DNA from: an uncultured bacterium
Lineage (GTDB): Bacteria > Gemmatimonadota > Gemmatimonadetes > Gemmatimonadales > Gemmatimonadaceae
DNA: 54,902 bases
Assembly: GCA_963978095.1 (NCBI GenBank)
Contig: CAXBQP010000013.1
Location: 1-54,902, forward strand
Reading direction: 5' to 3'
This document shows, one piece after another, positions 9,895 through 18,946 of the stretch (positions within the stretch are counted from its first letter, which is position 1; every line of letters begins with the position of its first letter). The notes under the pieces are model-generated. The model had not been told where the DNA came from, made no database searches, and worked only from the letters and a program-made list of their open reading frames with translations. The position numbers and the translations under genes were made by a program.

Positions 9895-10301
9895 GCGCTT
9901 CGACGGCGCACGACGCGTTGCGAGCGGCCGCTGTTCAGGTCCGGGCGCAGGCCTATGCCCCGTACTCGCGCTTCCAGGTCGGCGCAGCCTTGCGCGCTGC
10001 CGACGGCACGATCTTCTCCGGCTGCAACGTGGAGAACTCCTCGTATCCGGCGGGCATCTGCGCCGAACGAGGGGCACTCGCCGCCGCGGTGGCCGCGGGA
10101 CACCGTGCCTTCACCCACGTCGTCATCATCACGGATGCCGAGCATCCCACCCCGCCGTGCGGCATCTGTCGTCAGGCGTTGGTGGAGTTTTCCACGCAAC
10201 TCGAGATTCTCAGCGTCACCACCGCGGGTGCGGAGACGCGCTGGTCGCTCGCCGACCTCTTGCCATCTCCGTTCACGCCCCAGTCCTTGCCCCACCTATG
10301 A
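9891..10301 (+). CDS. cdd: Cytidine deaminase (tetrameric, Cys-ligand type)
   Basis: AYAPYSRFQVGAAL, GCNVEN, CAER, PCGICRQ. Confidence 0.95.
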   Translation: MSASTAHDALRAAAVQVRAQAYAPYSRFQVGAALRAADGTIFSGCNVENSSYPAGICAERGALAAAVAAGHRAFTHVVIITDAEHPTPPCGICRQALVEFSTQLEILSVTTAGAETRWSLADLLPSPFTPQSLPHL

Positions 10302-11629
10302 AATCAGCCGCGACGTCGGCCTCAGTGGCCGCTCCGCTGCGGACCTCCGCCCTCCCGCCGCGCCGCTGGCGCGGACTGTCGGCGCTGCTCCTCATCCTCC
10401 TGGTCGGTGCCATCGGGGCCTGTTCCGAGAACCTCGATACCGGCAAGGGCTGTCCGCTGCTGTGTGCGGGGCAGTCGATCACCGTGCGCGATACGGTGAT
10501 CACGCCGGCACTCGCCTTTGACTCGACATTCGTCGGATTTCCGCAGCGTGGTGCGGATTCGGGGATCCTGCTCGCGTGGCGGGGGGACACGATCGAGACG
10601 CGTGGCGTCGTTCGCTTCGACTCGATGCTGACGGCGTTTGCGCCACCCAATGACACGATCCGATTGGTGTCGCGCGTCGACTCCAGCAGGCTCAAGTTGG
10701 TGTTCGCCGCTGCGGGGCGTCGCCTGCCTTCGAAGGTCACCTTCGACATCTACGACGTGGACGAGCCGTCGGATACGAACTCGGCGGCGGTCCTGGCGAA
10801 CTTCGTCGCGAGCCGGAGGATCGGAGGGAAGACGATCGACAGCGCCGCGTTCACCGACACGACCTACATCCCGCTCTCGGATTCGGCGGTGCTGGACAAG
10901 ATCGTGAACGCCAAGCATCTCCGTGTGGGCATCAAGGTGTCGGGTACCGGGTCGGTCTGGCTCCGCGCGGGCTCGGTGGAAACGGGGAATGCCGCGACGG
11001 TCAGCTATCGGCCGTCGCCGGACACCCTCGTCAAGGCACTCGTGGTCAACCCGATCTCATCGGTTCCACTCGATCCGGCCGAACTGAAGCGTGACCTTCA
11101 GGACTATACGCTGGTATCGAAGTACAACATCCCCGCGACTCCGGGCACCTTCGCCGTCGGCGGCACGCCGGGACGCCGGGCGTATCTCCGTTTCAATATC
11201 CCGCGCGCCATCAGCGATTCCTCGACGGTGATCCGCGCCACGCTGCGCCTCACGCAGCGTCCGGTGAAGCTCGGGAGCTTGCGCGATTCGATGGTCGTCC
11301 ACGCGCACGTTGGTCTTGCGGGGCCGGCGGTCACCGACCTCTATCGTGCCTCCGACATCATTTCCGCCGCTGGGCTTCTGGTGCTCGACTCGCTGATCGT
11401 GTCGCCGAGTGACTCCGGGGTGAAGTCGCTCGAGATGTACACGTTGGTGCGGGCATGGGGCGGGCAGAGCGCGCTGGTGAATCAGCCGCCGCGCGCGCTG
11501 ATCTTGAAGGCGCGTGACGAGTTCCTGACGCCCATGGAAGCCCGCTTCTTCTCGACCAGCGGTCCACTCGCGACGCGCCCGTCCCTGCGCGTGACGTACG
11601 TGCCGAAGTCCACCTATGGGGTGCCCTGA
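10298..11629 (+). CDS. Hypothetical beta-rich lipoprotein
   Basis: ATGA overlap with cdd; hydrophobic signal ending IGA-C lipobox; TGATG-coupled to next gene. Confidence 0.75.
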   Translation: MKSAATSASVAAPLRTSALPPRRWRGLSALLLILLVGAIGACSENLDTGKGCPLLCAGQSITVRDTVITPALAFDSTFVGFPQRGADSGILLAWRGDTIETRGVVRFDSMLTAFAPPNDTIRLVSRVDSSRLKLVFAAAGRRLPSKVTFDIYDVDEPSDTNSAAVLANFVASRRIGGKTIDSAAFTDTTYIPLSDSAVLDKIVNAKHLRVGIKVSGTGSVWLRAGSVETGNAATVSYRPSPDTLVKALVVNPISSVPLDPAELKRDLQDYTLVSKYNIPATPGTFAVGGTPGRRAYLRFNIPRAISDSSTVIRATLRLTQRPVKLGSLRDSMVVHAHVGLAGPAVTDLYRASDIISAAGLLVLDSLIVSPSDSGVKSLEMYTLVRAWGGQSALVNQPPRALILKARDEFLTPMEARFFSTSGPLATRPSLRVTYVPKSTYGVP

Positions 11630-12762
11630 TGTCCATCCGTCGCATTGTCGCCTACGCGGCCGCTGGCGTCCTGTGCACGTCACCGCTCGAGGCGCAGGGG
11701 GCGTTGAGTACTCAAGGCTTCGGGTATCCGCTCGGCGAACTCAGCACCCGGGCGCTCTCGCTCGGTGGTGCCGTTGGTGAGTTCGATCTGCAGAGTCCGA
11801 TCAACCCGGCGGCCCTCGGCATCGGCATCCGCTCCGGTGCGTGGGTGCAGTACGCGCCGGAGTTCCGGTCGTTGGACGCGGGGCGTGGGACGTTCACGAA
11901 CACCACGGCCCGTTTCCCGCTCTTCGGGGTCACCGGCAAGTACGAGGATTTCACCGTCGGCCTCACGTTCACGAGCTATCTCGATCGATCCTGGACGAAC
12001 GCCTACGACGACACGCTGCTGTTGGCCGGCGTCCGGACACCGTCGCACGCAACGGCACAGAGCACCGGGGGGATCAATGACGCGCGGCTTGCGGTGGCCT
12101 GGGCGATCAATCCCAAGTTGTCGGTCGGGCTCGGACTCCATGTGTTACCCGGGCAGAACAAGGTGCTGCTGGCGCGCGATTTTGCCGATTCGCTGAAAAT
12201 CGGCAGCTACACCAACGCGAGCACCATCACGTACATCGGTCAGGCGCTGTCCCTCGGGATCACGGGGACGCCGGTGGAACATCTCAACGTGGCAGGGTCC
12301 ATTCGGCTCGGGGGCCCGATGTCCGTGCGTCTGGGCGACAGCACGACCGTCGGGCAGGGGCATGTTCCGATGCGCGTGGGGCTGTCGGTGGCGTACGAGG
12401 GGTTCGCGGGTTCGGCGATCGTGGTGCGATACGACGCGGAGCGCTGGAGCGCCCTCAAGGGACTGGGCAGTTCCTCCGTCGTGCTGCACGATGCGACCGG
12501 ACTGAGCGCAGGAGTCGAGTTCGCAGGACCGAAAATCAACGGCCTGCCGAGTGCCGTTCGTGTCGGCGCCTCGACCCGCACGCTGCCCTTCTCCCCCTCC
12601 GCCGATGCGGTGAAGGAGAGCGGCGTGTCGGGAGGTGTGGGACTCCCGTTCGCGCAGGGGCGCTTTGCGCTCGACATCGGTGTCATGTACGGGACGCGGA
12701 CCGCGAGCGGGTTGACCGAGAAGGCGACCACGCTCAGCGTCGGGCTGGCTCTCCGGCCCTGA
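11629..12762 (+). CDS. Outer-membrane beta-barrel protein, FadL/PorV-like
   Basis: Signal peptide (LEA-Q); N-terminal STRALSLGGA...NPAAL motif; amphipathic strands ending LSVGLALRP. Confidence 0.7.
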   Translation: MSIRRIVAYAAAGVLCTSPLEAQGALSTQGFGYPLGELSTRALSLGGAVGEFDLQSPINPAALGIGIRSGAWVQYAPEFRSLDAGRGTFTNTTARFPLFGVTGKYEDFTVGLTFTSYLDRSWTNAYDDTLLLAGVRTPSHATAQSTGGINDARLAVAWAINPKLSVGLGLHVLPGQNKVLLARDFADSLKIGSYTNASTITYIGQALSLGITGTPVEHLNVAGSIRLGGPMSVRLGDSTTVGQGHVPMRVGLSVAYEGFAGSAIVVRYDAERWSALKGLGSSSVVLHDATGLSAGVEFAGPKINGLPSAVRVGASTRTLPFSPSADAVKESGVSGGVGLPFAQGRFALDIGVMYGTRTASGLTEKATTLSVGLALRP

Positions 12763-12802
12763 GTTCAGCGTCCGCGCCCCGACCCAAGCGACCGCACCGT
12801 CG

Positions 12803-13990
12803 ATGGCCGCGATGAGCAGGGACGCTGCGTCCGCGCCGTTGATCCTGGTCGCCGACGACGTCGAGGCCAACGTCGAGTTGTTGGTCGACCAGCTCGAGAC
12901 GTTGGGGTTCCGCACCGTTGTGGCCAGTGACGGACCCGGCGCCGTCGCCGCATGCTTCGACCATCGTCCCGACCTCGCGATTCTCGACGTGTCGATGCCC
13001 GCGCGTGAGCTTGCGGTGCCGGACCGTGATGCCGGCTACGAGGTCTGTCGGCGGCTCAAGAAGGATCCGCGCACGGCTCGGATCCCGGTCATCTTCGTCA
13101 CGGCGACCAACGACACCGCGGACCGGGTGAAGGCCATCGAGGCGGGCGCGGACGATTTCCTGACGAAGCCGCACCACCGTCTGGTGCTCAACGCCCGCGT
13201 CCGGTCGTTGCTCAAGCTCAAGGGCGCGACGGATGCGTTGGAAGAAAGCCTCAAACGGCTGCGCGAACTCACCCGTGTCCGCGACGATCTCATGAAGATG
13301 ATCGTCCACGATCTCAAGTCGCCGCTGACCTCGGTGCTCGCGACGCTCGAGATGATGCGCGACGGGGATTTTGGAGAGCTGAATGAGCGGCAGGGACGCG
13401 CGCTGTCCGATGCCGAGGCAAAGGCGGAGGATCTGCTCGCGCTGATCGAAGATCTGCTGGAGGTCGCGAAGATCGAGGAGCAGTCGATCACGCTGAATCC
13501 GGAACCGATCGCTCCGGCCGCGCTGCTCGCCGAGATCGTCCACGATTGGGGGCTGCGATTCCGGCAGGAAGGGGCGACCGCCACCTCGGATGTCGCTGAC
13601 GATGCGCCTGTGATCCGGGCCGACAAGATGCTGGTCAAGCGGGTGTTGTCGAACCTGGTGCAGAATGCGATCACCCACTCGGCGGGGCCGGTAGTCCTCG
13701 CGCTCAATGCGCGACCGGATACCAACGGGATCCTCATCACGGTGGGCGACAATGGCCCGGGAATCCCGGAGGAGTACCACGATCTGATCTTCCGGAAGTT
13801 CGAGCGTGTCCGCTCGCAGAATGCGCCGCGTGTGCGGAGTTCGGGGCTCGGCTTGACCTTCTGCCGACTGGCCGTCGAGGCGCACGGGGGGCGGATTTGG
13901 GTCAAGAGCACCGAGGGGGAAGGGAGCACGTTCTTCGTGCAGTTGCCGCTCGAACCCGTTGCGGGGGCGAAGGGCGCCAAGCCGGCGTGA
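12803..13990 (+). CDS. Hybrid response regulator / histidine kinase (REC-HisKA-HATPase, no sensor domain)
   Basis: ILVADD, ILDVSMP, ADDFLTKP; HDLKSPL; NLVQNAI, DNGPGIP, GLGLTFC, GEGSTF. Confidence 0.92.
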   Translation: MAAMSRDAASAPLILVADDVEANVELLVDQLETLGFRTVVASDGPGAVAACFDHRPDLAILDVSMPARELAVPDRDAGYEVCRRLKKDPRTARIPVIFVTATNDTADRVKAIEAGADDFLTKPHHRLVLNARVRSLLKLKGATDALEESLKRLRELTRVRDDLMKMIVHDLKSPLTSVLATLEMMRDGDFGELNERQGRALSDAEAKAEDLLALIEDLLEVAKIEEQSITLNPEPIAPAALLAEIVHDWGLRFRQEGATATSDVADDAPVIRADKMLVKRVLSNLVQNAITHSAGPVVLALNARPDTNGILITVGDNGPGIPEEYHDLIFRKFERVRSQNAPRVRSSGLGLTFCRLAVEAHGGRIWVKSTEGEGSTFFVQLPLEPVAGAKGAKPA

Positions 13991-15234
13991 GGGCGTATCT
14001 CCGCACGTTCGGGTGTCGAGCGAATCAGTACGACACGGAGGCGGTTCGCGCGATGGTGATCGCCGCGGGCGGCGCATGCGTGGACGACCCGCGCGACGCG
14101 GACGTGATCGTCATGAACTCCTGCGCCGTGACCGCGGAGGCGGAAGCGGATCTGCGCCAGGCGCTGCGACGCTCGGCCGCGGACTCCGCGGTTGACGGCC
14201 GAGCGCCGACGCCGGCGGTGGTGATGGGCTGTGCGTCGGCGCGCGATGACGGGCGGCTCCGCGCGATTCCCGGGGTACGCGCGCTCGTCGCGGGGGCCGA
14301 CCTCGAGGCCGTGGCCGATGCCCTTGGCGTGGACCGCGGATTCGCGCTGACGCCAACGACCGTTCAGCGGGGATCGCGCGCGCTGCTGCGGATCCAGGAC
14401 GGGTGTGACGAGCACTGCACCTTCTGCGCGACGACGCTCGCCCGTGGCGCCAATCGTTCGCGCACGCCAGAGGCGCTGGTGGACGAAGCACAGCGACTGG
14501 CCGACGCGCACCCGGAGATCGTGCTCACCGGCGTGCACATCGGGACGTACGGCCGTGATCTCGGCATCTCGCTGGGCGCGTTGGTCAGTACGCTCGTGGA
14601 ACGTGTGCCGACCGTCCGGTTCCGCCTCACCTCGATCGAGGCGACCGAAGTGGACCCGGCGCTCGCCGAGCATTTGCGCGACGGCGGTCGTCGCGTGGCG
14701 CCGCACCTGCATGCGCCGCTCCAGAGCGGCGCCGATGCGGTGCTGCGCCGCATGGGACGCCATTGGTATACGGCGGACGCGTACCGTGCGGCCGTCCAGC
14801 GCCTGATGGCGGATCGGCCGGTCTTCGCGCTCAGCGGCGACGTCATCACCGGATTTCCGGGCGAGACGGCCGACGACCACGCCCAGACCGTTCGACTGGT
14901 GCATGAGCTTCCATTCACGGCCTTGCACGTGTTCCCATATTCTGCGCGTCCCGGAACCGCCGCCGAGCGGCTGGGCGGAGCGGTCCCGGGCCCTGTCGCG
15001 CGCGACCGGTCGGCGGAGTTGCGTGAGTTGGCGGCGGACAAGGCGGCGGCCTACGCCGCGCGTCGTGGGGGAGGGCATGCCGACGTCGTCGTCATCGGGA
15101 CCGGACCGTCTCGCCACGGCTTGACCGAAGACTATCTTTCAGTGGCGCTCGAGGAACCGAAGCCGCCGCGCGGGGCACGGTTCGATGCGCGACTGGTTGC
15201 CGACGCCACAGGGCTGCGCGCGGTGCCGTGCTGA
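13987..15234 (+). CDS. mtaB: MtaB-like tRNA methylthiotransferase (radical SAM)
   Basis: TFGCRANQYD, NSCAVT, QDGCDEHCTFC, LTGVHIGTYGRD, HVFPYS; GTG start overlapping HK stop. Confidence 0.82.
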   Translation: MRAYLRTFGCRANQYDTEAVRAMVIAAGGACVDDPRDADVIVMNSCAVTAEAEADLRQALRRSAADSAVDGRAPTPAVVMGCASARDDGRLRAIPGVRALVAGADLEAVADALGVDRGFALTPTTVQRGSRALLRIQDGCDEHCTFCATTLARGANRSRTPEALVDEAQRLADAHPEIVLTGVHIGTYGRDLGISLGALVSTLVERVPTVRFRLTSIEATEVDPALAEHLRDGGRRVAPHLHAPLQSGADAVLRRMGRHWYTADAYRAAVQRLMADRPVFALSGDVITGFPGETADDHAQTVRLVHELPFTALHVFPYSARPGTAAERLGGAVPGPVARDRSAELRELAADKAAAYAARRGGGHADVVVIGTGPSRHGLTEDYLSVALEEPKPPRGARFDARLVADATGLRAVPC

Positions 15235-15268
15235 CCGACAACCCTCTGCTCTGACCCCGACCGATTCC

Positions 15269-16594
15269 GTGCCTTCCGTCTACATCGAAACCTACGGCTG
15301 CCAAATGAACGTGAGCGATTCCGAGCTGATGCTCGGCAAGCTCGCGGCGAGCGGCTACGATGCCGTGGACGGACCGGAAGGGGCCGACGTGATCCTGGTG
15401 AATACCTGTGCGATCCGCGACAACGCCGAACAACGCGTGATCGGCCGACTCGGGGAACTGCGCCGATTCATGGGGCGCGATACGATTCTCGGCGTCACGG
15501 GGTGCATGGCGCAGCGACTCGGACCCAAGCTGCTCGAGACGGATTCCCGGGTGTCGTTGGTGGTCGGCCCCGATGCGTATCGTGCGTTGCCGCAGTTGAT
15601 CGATGGTGCCCGCAACGGGGAGCGGTTCACCGCGACCGACTTCGATCTCGAGGAGCACTACGAGGACTTCGCGGCGCGCCGGTTCGACGCGGTGAAGGCG
15701 TGGATCCCCGTGCAGCGCGGGTGTGATTATCGCTGCACGTATTGCATCGTGCCCTACACGCGTGGCTCCGAGCGGTCCCGCCAACTCGCGGATGTGGTAC
15801 GCGAGACCCGGGACGTCGTGGCGCAGGGGCTCACCGAGGTGGTGTTGCTCGGTCAGACCGTCAACTCGTACAACGACGGCGCGGCCGATTTCGGATCGCT
15901 CCTGCGAGCCGTCGGTGCGGTCCCGGGCATCCGGCGGGTGCGCTACACGAGCCCCCATCCGAATGATTTCTCGGAGTCGGTCATCCGTGCGATGGCGGAG
16001 GTGCCGGCGGTGTGCGAACACGTCCATCTGCCGATGCAGAGTGGTTCCAGCCGAACGCTGAAGCGCATGCTGCGTCGGTACAGCCGCGAGGAGTACCTGG
16101 CCTGCGTGGAGCGGCTGCGCGCGGCGATCCCGGGCCTGAGCATCACGACCGACATCATCGTCGGGTTCCCCGGAGAGACGGACGACGAGTTCGAGGAGAC
16201 GCTCTCCGCCGTGCGCGCTGTCGGGTTCGATGACGCGTTCATGTTCAAGTTCTCGATGCGCGACGGGACGCCGGCGCAGCGCCTTCCGGCCGAGTGGCGC
16301 GTGTCCGAGGCGGTGGTGGACGAACGTTTCGAGCGGCTGAAGGATCTCGTGCGCAGCATCGCGCGCGAGAAGAACCTGCGTCGACTCGGCGAGCGGCGCG
16401 AAGTGTTGATCGAGAAGGAAGCGCGGAAGGGCGAGGGATTGCTGCAGGCCCGATCGCGGGATTTCAAGACGGTGATCGTGCCCGGCGACCCGTCGATGAT
16501 CGGCAGCTACCTGCACGTGGAACTGAGTGGCACCACCGGCTCGACCTTCACCGGCCTGCCGGTGGCGGAACGCGCACAGCTGCCGATGGCCTAG
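15269..16594 (+). CDS. miaB: tRNA-2-methylthio-N6-isopentenyladenosine synthase MiaB
   Basis: YIETYGCQMNVSDSE, NTCAIRDNAE, GCMAQR, GCDYRCTYCIVPYTRG, LLGQTVNSY, TSPHP. Confidence 0.95.
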   Translation: MPSVYIETYGCQMNVSDSELMLGKLAASGYDAVDGPEGADVILVNTCAIRDNAEQRVIGRLGELRRFMGRDTILGVTGCMAQRLGPKLLETDSRVSLVVGPDAYRALPQLIDGARNGERFTATDFDLEEHYEDFAARRFDAVKAWIPVQRGCDYRCTYCIVPYTRGSERSRQLADVVRETRDVVAQGLTEVVLLGQTVNSYNDGAADFGSLLRAVGAVPGIRRVRYTSPHPNDFSESVIRAMAEVPAVCEHVHLPMQSGSSRTLKRMLRRYSREEYLACVERLRAAIPGLSITTDIIVGFPGETDDEFEETLSAVRAVGFDDAFMFKFSMRDGTPAQRLPAEWRVSEAVVDERFERLKDLVRSIAREKNLRRLGERREVLIEKEARKGEGLLQARSRDFKTVIVPGDPSMIGSYLHVELSGTTGSTFTGLPVAERAQLPMA

Positions 16595-16605
16595 CGGTAG
16601 TGTTC

Positions 16606-16632
16606 GTGCCGCGGCGCGCGCGGCACTGTTTT
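16606..16632 (+). terminator. Putative intrinsic terminator of miaB
   Basis: Perfect 8-bp stem GTGCCGCG/CGCGGCAC followed by TGTTTT. Confidence 0.5.
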
Positions 16633-16690
16633 GATGCGCGGCGCATCGAAGTGATGCGCCGTTGTCGTATCCGGTGGTCACTTTGCGGTC

Positions 16691-18760
16691 ATGCCGCTCA
16701 TCGCATGGGCCGTGATGTCTTGGGTCGCCGGGTTGCTGATCGGAGCGTCCGACGTCCGGTTGTGGCCCGTGCTGGGAGTGGCCGCCGCGGTCTCTAGTGC
16801 ACTGGTGCTGGCCCCGCGGAGCCGCGGAGTGGTCGCCGCCGGGTGCGTGCTGCTCGCTGCTGCGGCCGTGATGACGGCCCGCGATCGGATCCGCCGTGAC
16901 GCCCGGTGTCGCACGCAGGCGGTGCAGACCGCCGATGTCTCACGCGCGCGCTCGCGAGCGCCGTGCGCGACGGAACGCGGGGCTCTCGCCCGGCTCCTGC
17001 TGGTGCAGCGTGAGCGTGCCGGGCGACTGATCGATCGCGACTTCGGCGGCGACGCGCCGATGGTCCGCGCGTTGCTGATCGCCGACACCCACGAGCTTCC
17101 CCTCGACCTGCGTGACCGATTCGCATCGGCGGGGCTGGTGCACATCCTGAGCATCTCCGGTCTGCATGTCGCGCTCATCGCGGAAGCCGTGGCCGTGATC
17201 CTCGGCGCGCTGCGCGCCGGACCACGGACGGCACCCTCGATCACCATCCTCGTGATCACCGGCTATGTCGCCATGATCGGCGCCCCGCCGCCGGCGGTGC
17301 GCAGTGCCGTCATGCTCGGCGTGACGGTCGTCACTCGCGTGCTGCAGCGTCCCGTGTCGCCGTGGGCCGTGCTCGCGCTCGGAGCGATCGCACCGTTGCA
17401 TGATTCCGCGATCGTGGCCGATCTGGGATGGCAGTTGAGCGTGGCAGGGTTCGCGGCGCTGATCGCCGGCGGTCGGCTGGCCAAGCGGTGGATTCCGCGC
17501 GCGTGGCGCGGGTGGCGGCGCACGATCGCGCGCGACCTGACGATTTCAACGATCGCGACGCTCGTCACGGCGCCGTTGGTGTGCTGGGCCTTCGGTCGGG
17601 TGAGTCTGATTGCGCCCTTCACGAATCTCGTGGCCGGACCTGTGGTCGGGGTGCTGCAGCCCGCGCTGTTCTTGTCGCTGGCGGTCGCGTCGTGTGGCTG
17701 GGAGGGCGGGGCCCAGATCGTGGCCGCGGCCGCGCACCCGATGCTGGCGGCACTGGATCTGGTGGCTCGCGGTGGGGCGGCGGTGCCGCACGGCACCCTG
17801 ACTGTGGCACCATCCCTGCCTGTCGCCGTGGCGGCGGGGCTCGCGTCTGTGGCGCTGCTGGTGGCGGTGTGCAGCCGCGACGCCGGGCGCGCGAGCGTCG
17901 CGGGAGCCCTCGCAACTGCGGCGGTTGTATGGTGGCCATTCGCTCCTACCGGGAGCGGGGAGATGGAGGTCCACATGATCGATGTTGGGCAGGGGGACGC
18001 CATCGCCCTGCGAACCCCGCACGGGCACTGGATCGTGATGGACGCCGGTCGCGAGTGGCGGGGCGGCGACGCCGGCCGGTCGACGGTGGTCCCATATCTC
18101 CGTCGATTCGGGGGAGAGGTCGAGTGGCTCATTCTCTCGCATCCGCACGCGGATCACGTGGGTGGCGCCGCCAGTGTGCTTCGCGCCCTGCGACCGCCGC
18201 ATCTGCTCGATGCCGCCTTCGCGGGGCCGAGCACGGCGTACCGGACGGTCTTGACCGAGGCCGCGCAGCAGGGGACAATCTGGCACCGCGCACGCCCCGG
18301 CGCGCGCCTGTTGGTCGATGGTGTGGAACTCCGTACGCTTGCGCCCGACTCGGCGTGGACCGCCGGGCTCACGGATCCGAACCTCGCGAGCACGATGGTG
18401 ATGGCACGCTTTGGCGGCGTTCGCGTCCTGCTGACCGGTGACGCGGAAGCCGCGGAAGAGCACTGGGTCTTGGCGCACGGCGAGTCGCTGGAGGCCGATG
18501 TGCTCAAAGTGGCACATCACGGCAGCTCCACCAGTTCGACGCCTGAGTTTCTCGAGCGGGTGAATCCCCGCGTCGCGCTTGTATCTGTCGGAATCGCAAA
18601 CAGTTACGGGCATCCATCGTCTGATGTCATGGCAGCGCTGGTGGCGCGCGGCGCCACGGTGCTTCGCACGGATCAACTCGGCGACATCGTGTTGCACACA
18701 GACGGCGTGACCCTGATGGCTGAGGCGGCGGGGAGCCGGTGGCCCATTCCGCGCCGCTGA
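16691..18760 (+). CDS. comEC: DNA uptake channel ComEC/Rec2 with C-terminal metallo-beta-lactamase domain
   Basis: GLVHILSISGLHV, PPAVRSAVM, GWQLSV; DVGQGDAI, SHPHADHVGG, LLTGDAE, KVAHHGS, NSYGHP, RTDQLG. Confidence 0.92.
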   Translation: MPLIAWAVMSWVAGLLIGASDVRLWPVLGVAAAVSSALVLAPRSRGVVAAGCVLLAAAAVMTARDRIRRDARCRTQAVQTADVSRARSRAPCATERGALARLLLVQRERAGRLIDRDFGGDAPMVRALLIADTHELPLDLRDRFASAGLVHILSISGLHVALIAEAVAVILGALRAGPRTAPSITILVITGYVAMIGAPPPAVRSAVMLGVTVVTRVLQRPVSPWAVLALGAIAPLHDSAIVADLGWQLSVAGFAALIAGGRLAKRWIPRAWRGWRRTIARDLTISTIATLVTAPLVCWAFGRVSLIAPFTNLVAGPVVGVLQPALFLSLAVASCGWEGGAQIVAAAAHPMLAALDLVARGGAAVPHGTLTVAPSLPVAVAAGLASVALLVAVCSRDAGRASVAGALATAAVVWWPFAPTGSGEMEVHMIDVGQGDAIALRTPHGHWIVMDAGREWRGGDAGRSTVVPYLRRFGGEVEWLILSHPHADHVGGAASVLRALRPPHLLDAAFAGPSTAYRTVLTEAAQQGTIWHRARPGARLLVDGVELRTLAPDSAWTAGLTDPNLASTMVMARFGGVRVLLTGDAEAAEEHWVLAHGESLEADVLKVAHHGSSTSSTPEFLERVNPRVALVSVGIANSYGHPSSDVMAALVARGATVLRTDQLGDIVLHTDGVTLMAEAAGSRWPIPRR

Positions 18761-18808
18761 CGCTCAACGCTTTTGGGCGCCTCGACGTATGCACAGTCGT
18801 AGGACGAG

Positions 18809-18858
18809 CGCGGAGGGAGGGGGGGCCGGGGGGCCTCTCGCCCTTCGCGTTTCGTTTT
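18809..18858 (+). terminator. Putative intrinsic terminator downstream of comEC
   Basis: CGCGGAGGG/CCCTTCGCG outer stem plus inner G-rich stem, followed by TTTCGTTTT. Confidence 0.55.
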
Positions 18859-18946
18859 CCCCGTCGCGGCTCCCGTCACTTGCCCCCACTGTGGGCGAGG
18901 CGGCACTTTTCGCAGGGTCGGTATCCTCATCACCCCTGCGGAGGAA

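Noticed and set aside
15228..15270. Selenocysteine readthrough at TGA stops (e.g. mtaB ...VPC-TGA) given selB
   Set aside because: Proteins appear complete at their stops, readthrough is not in frame with miaB, and no TGA falls at a conserved Cys position
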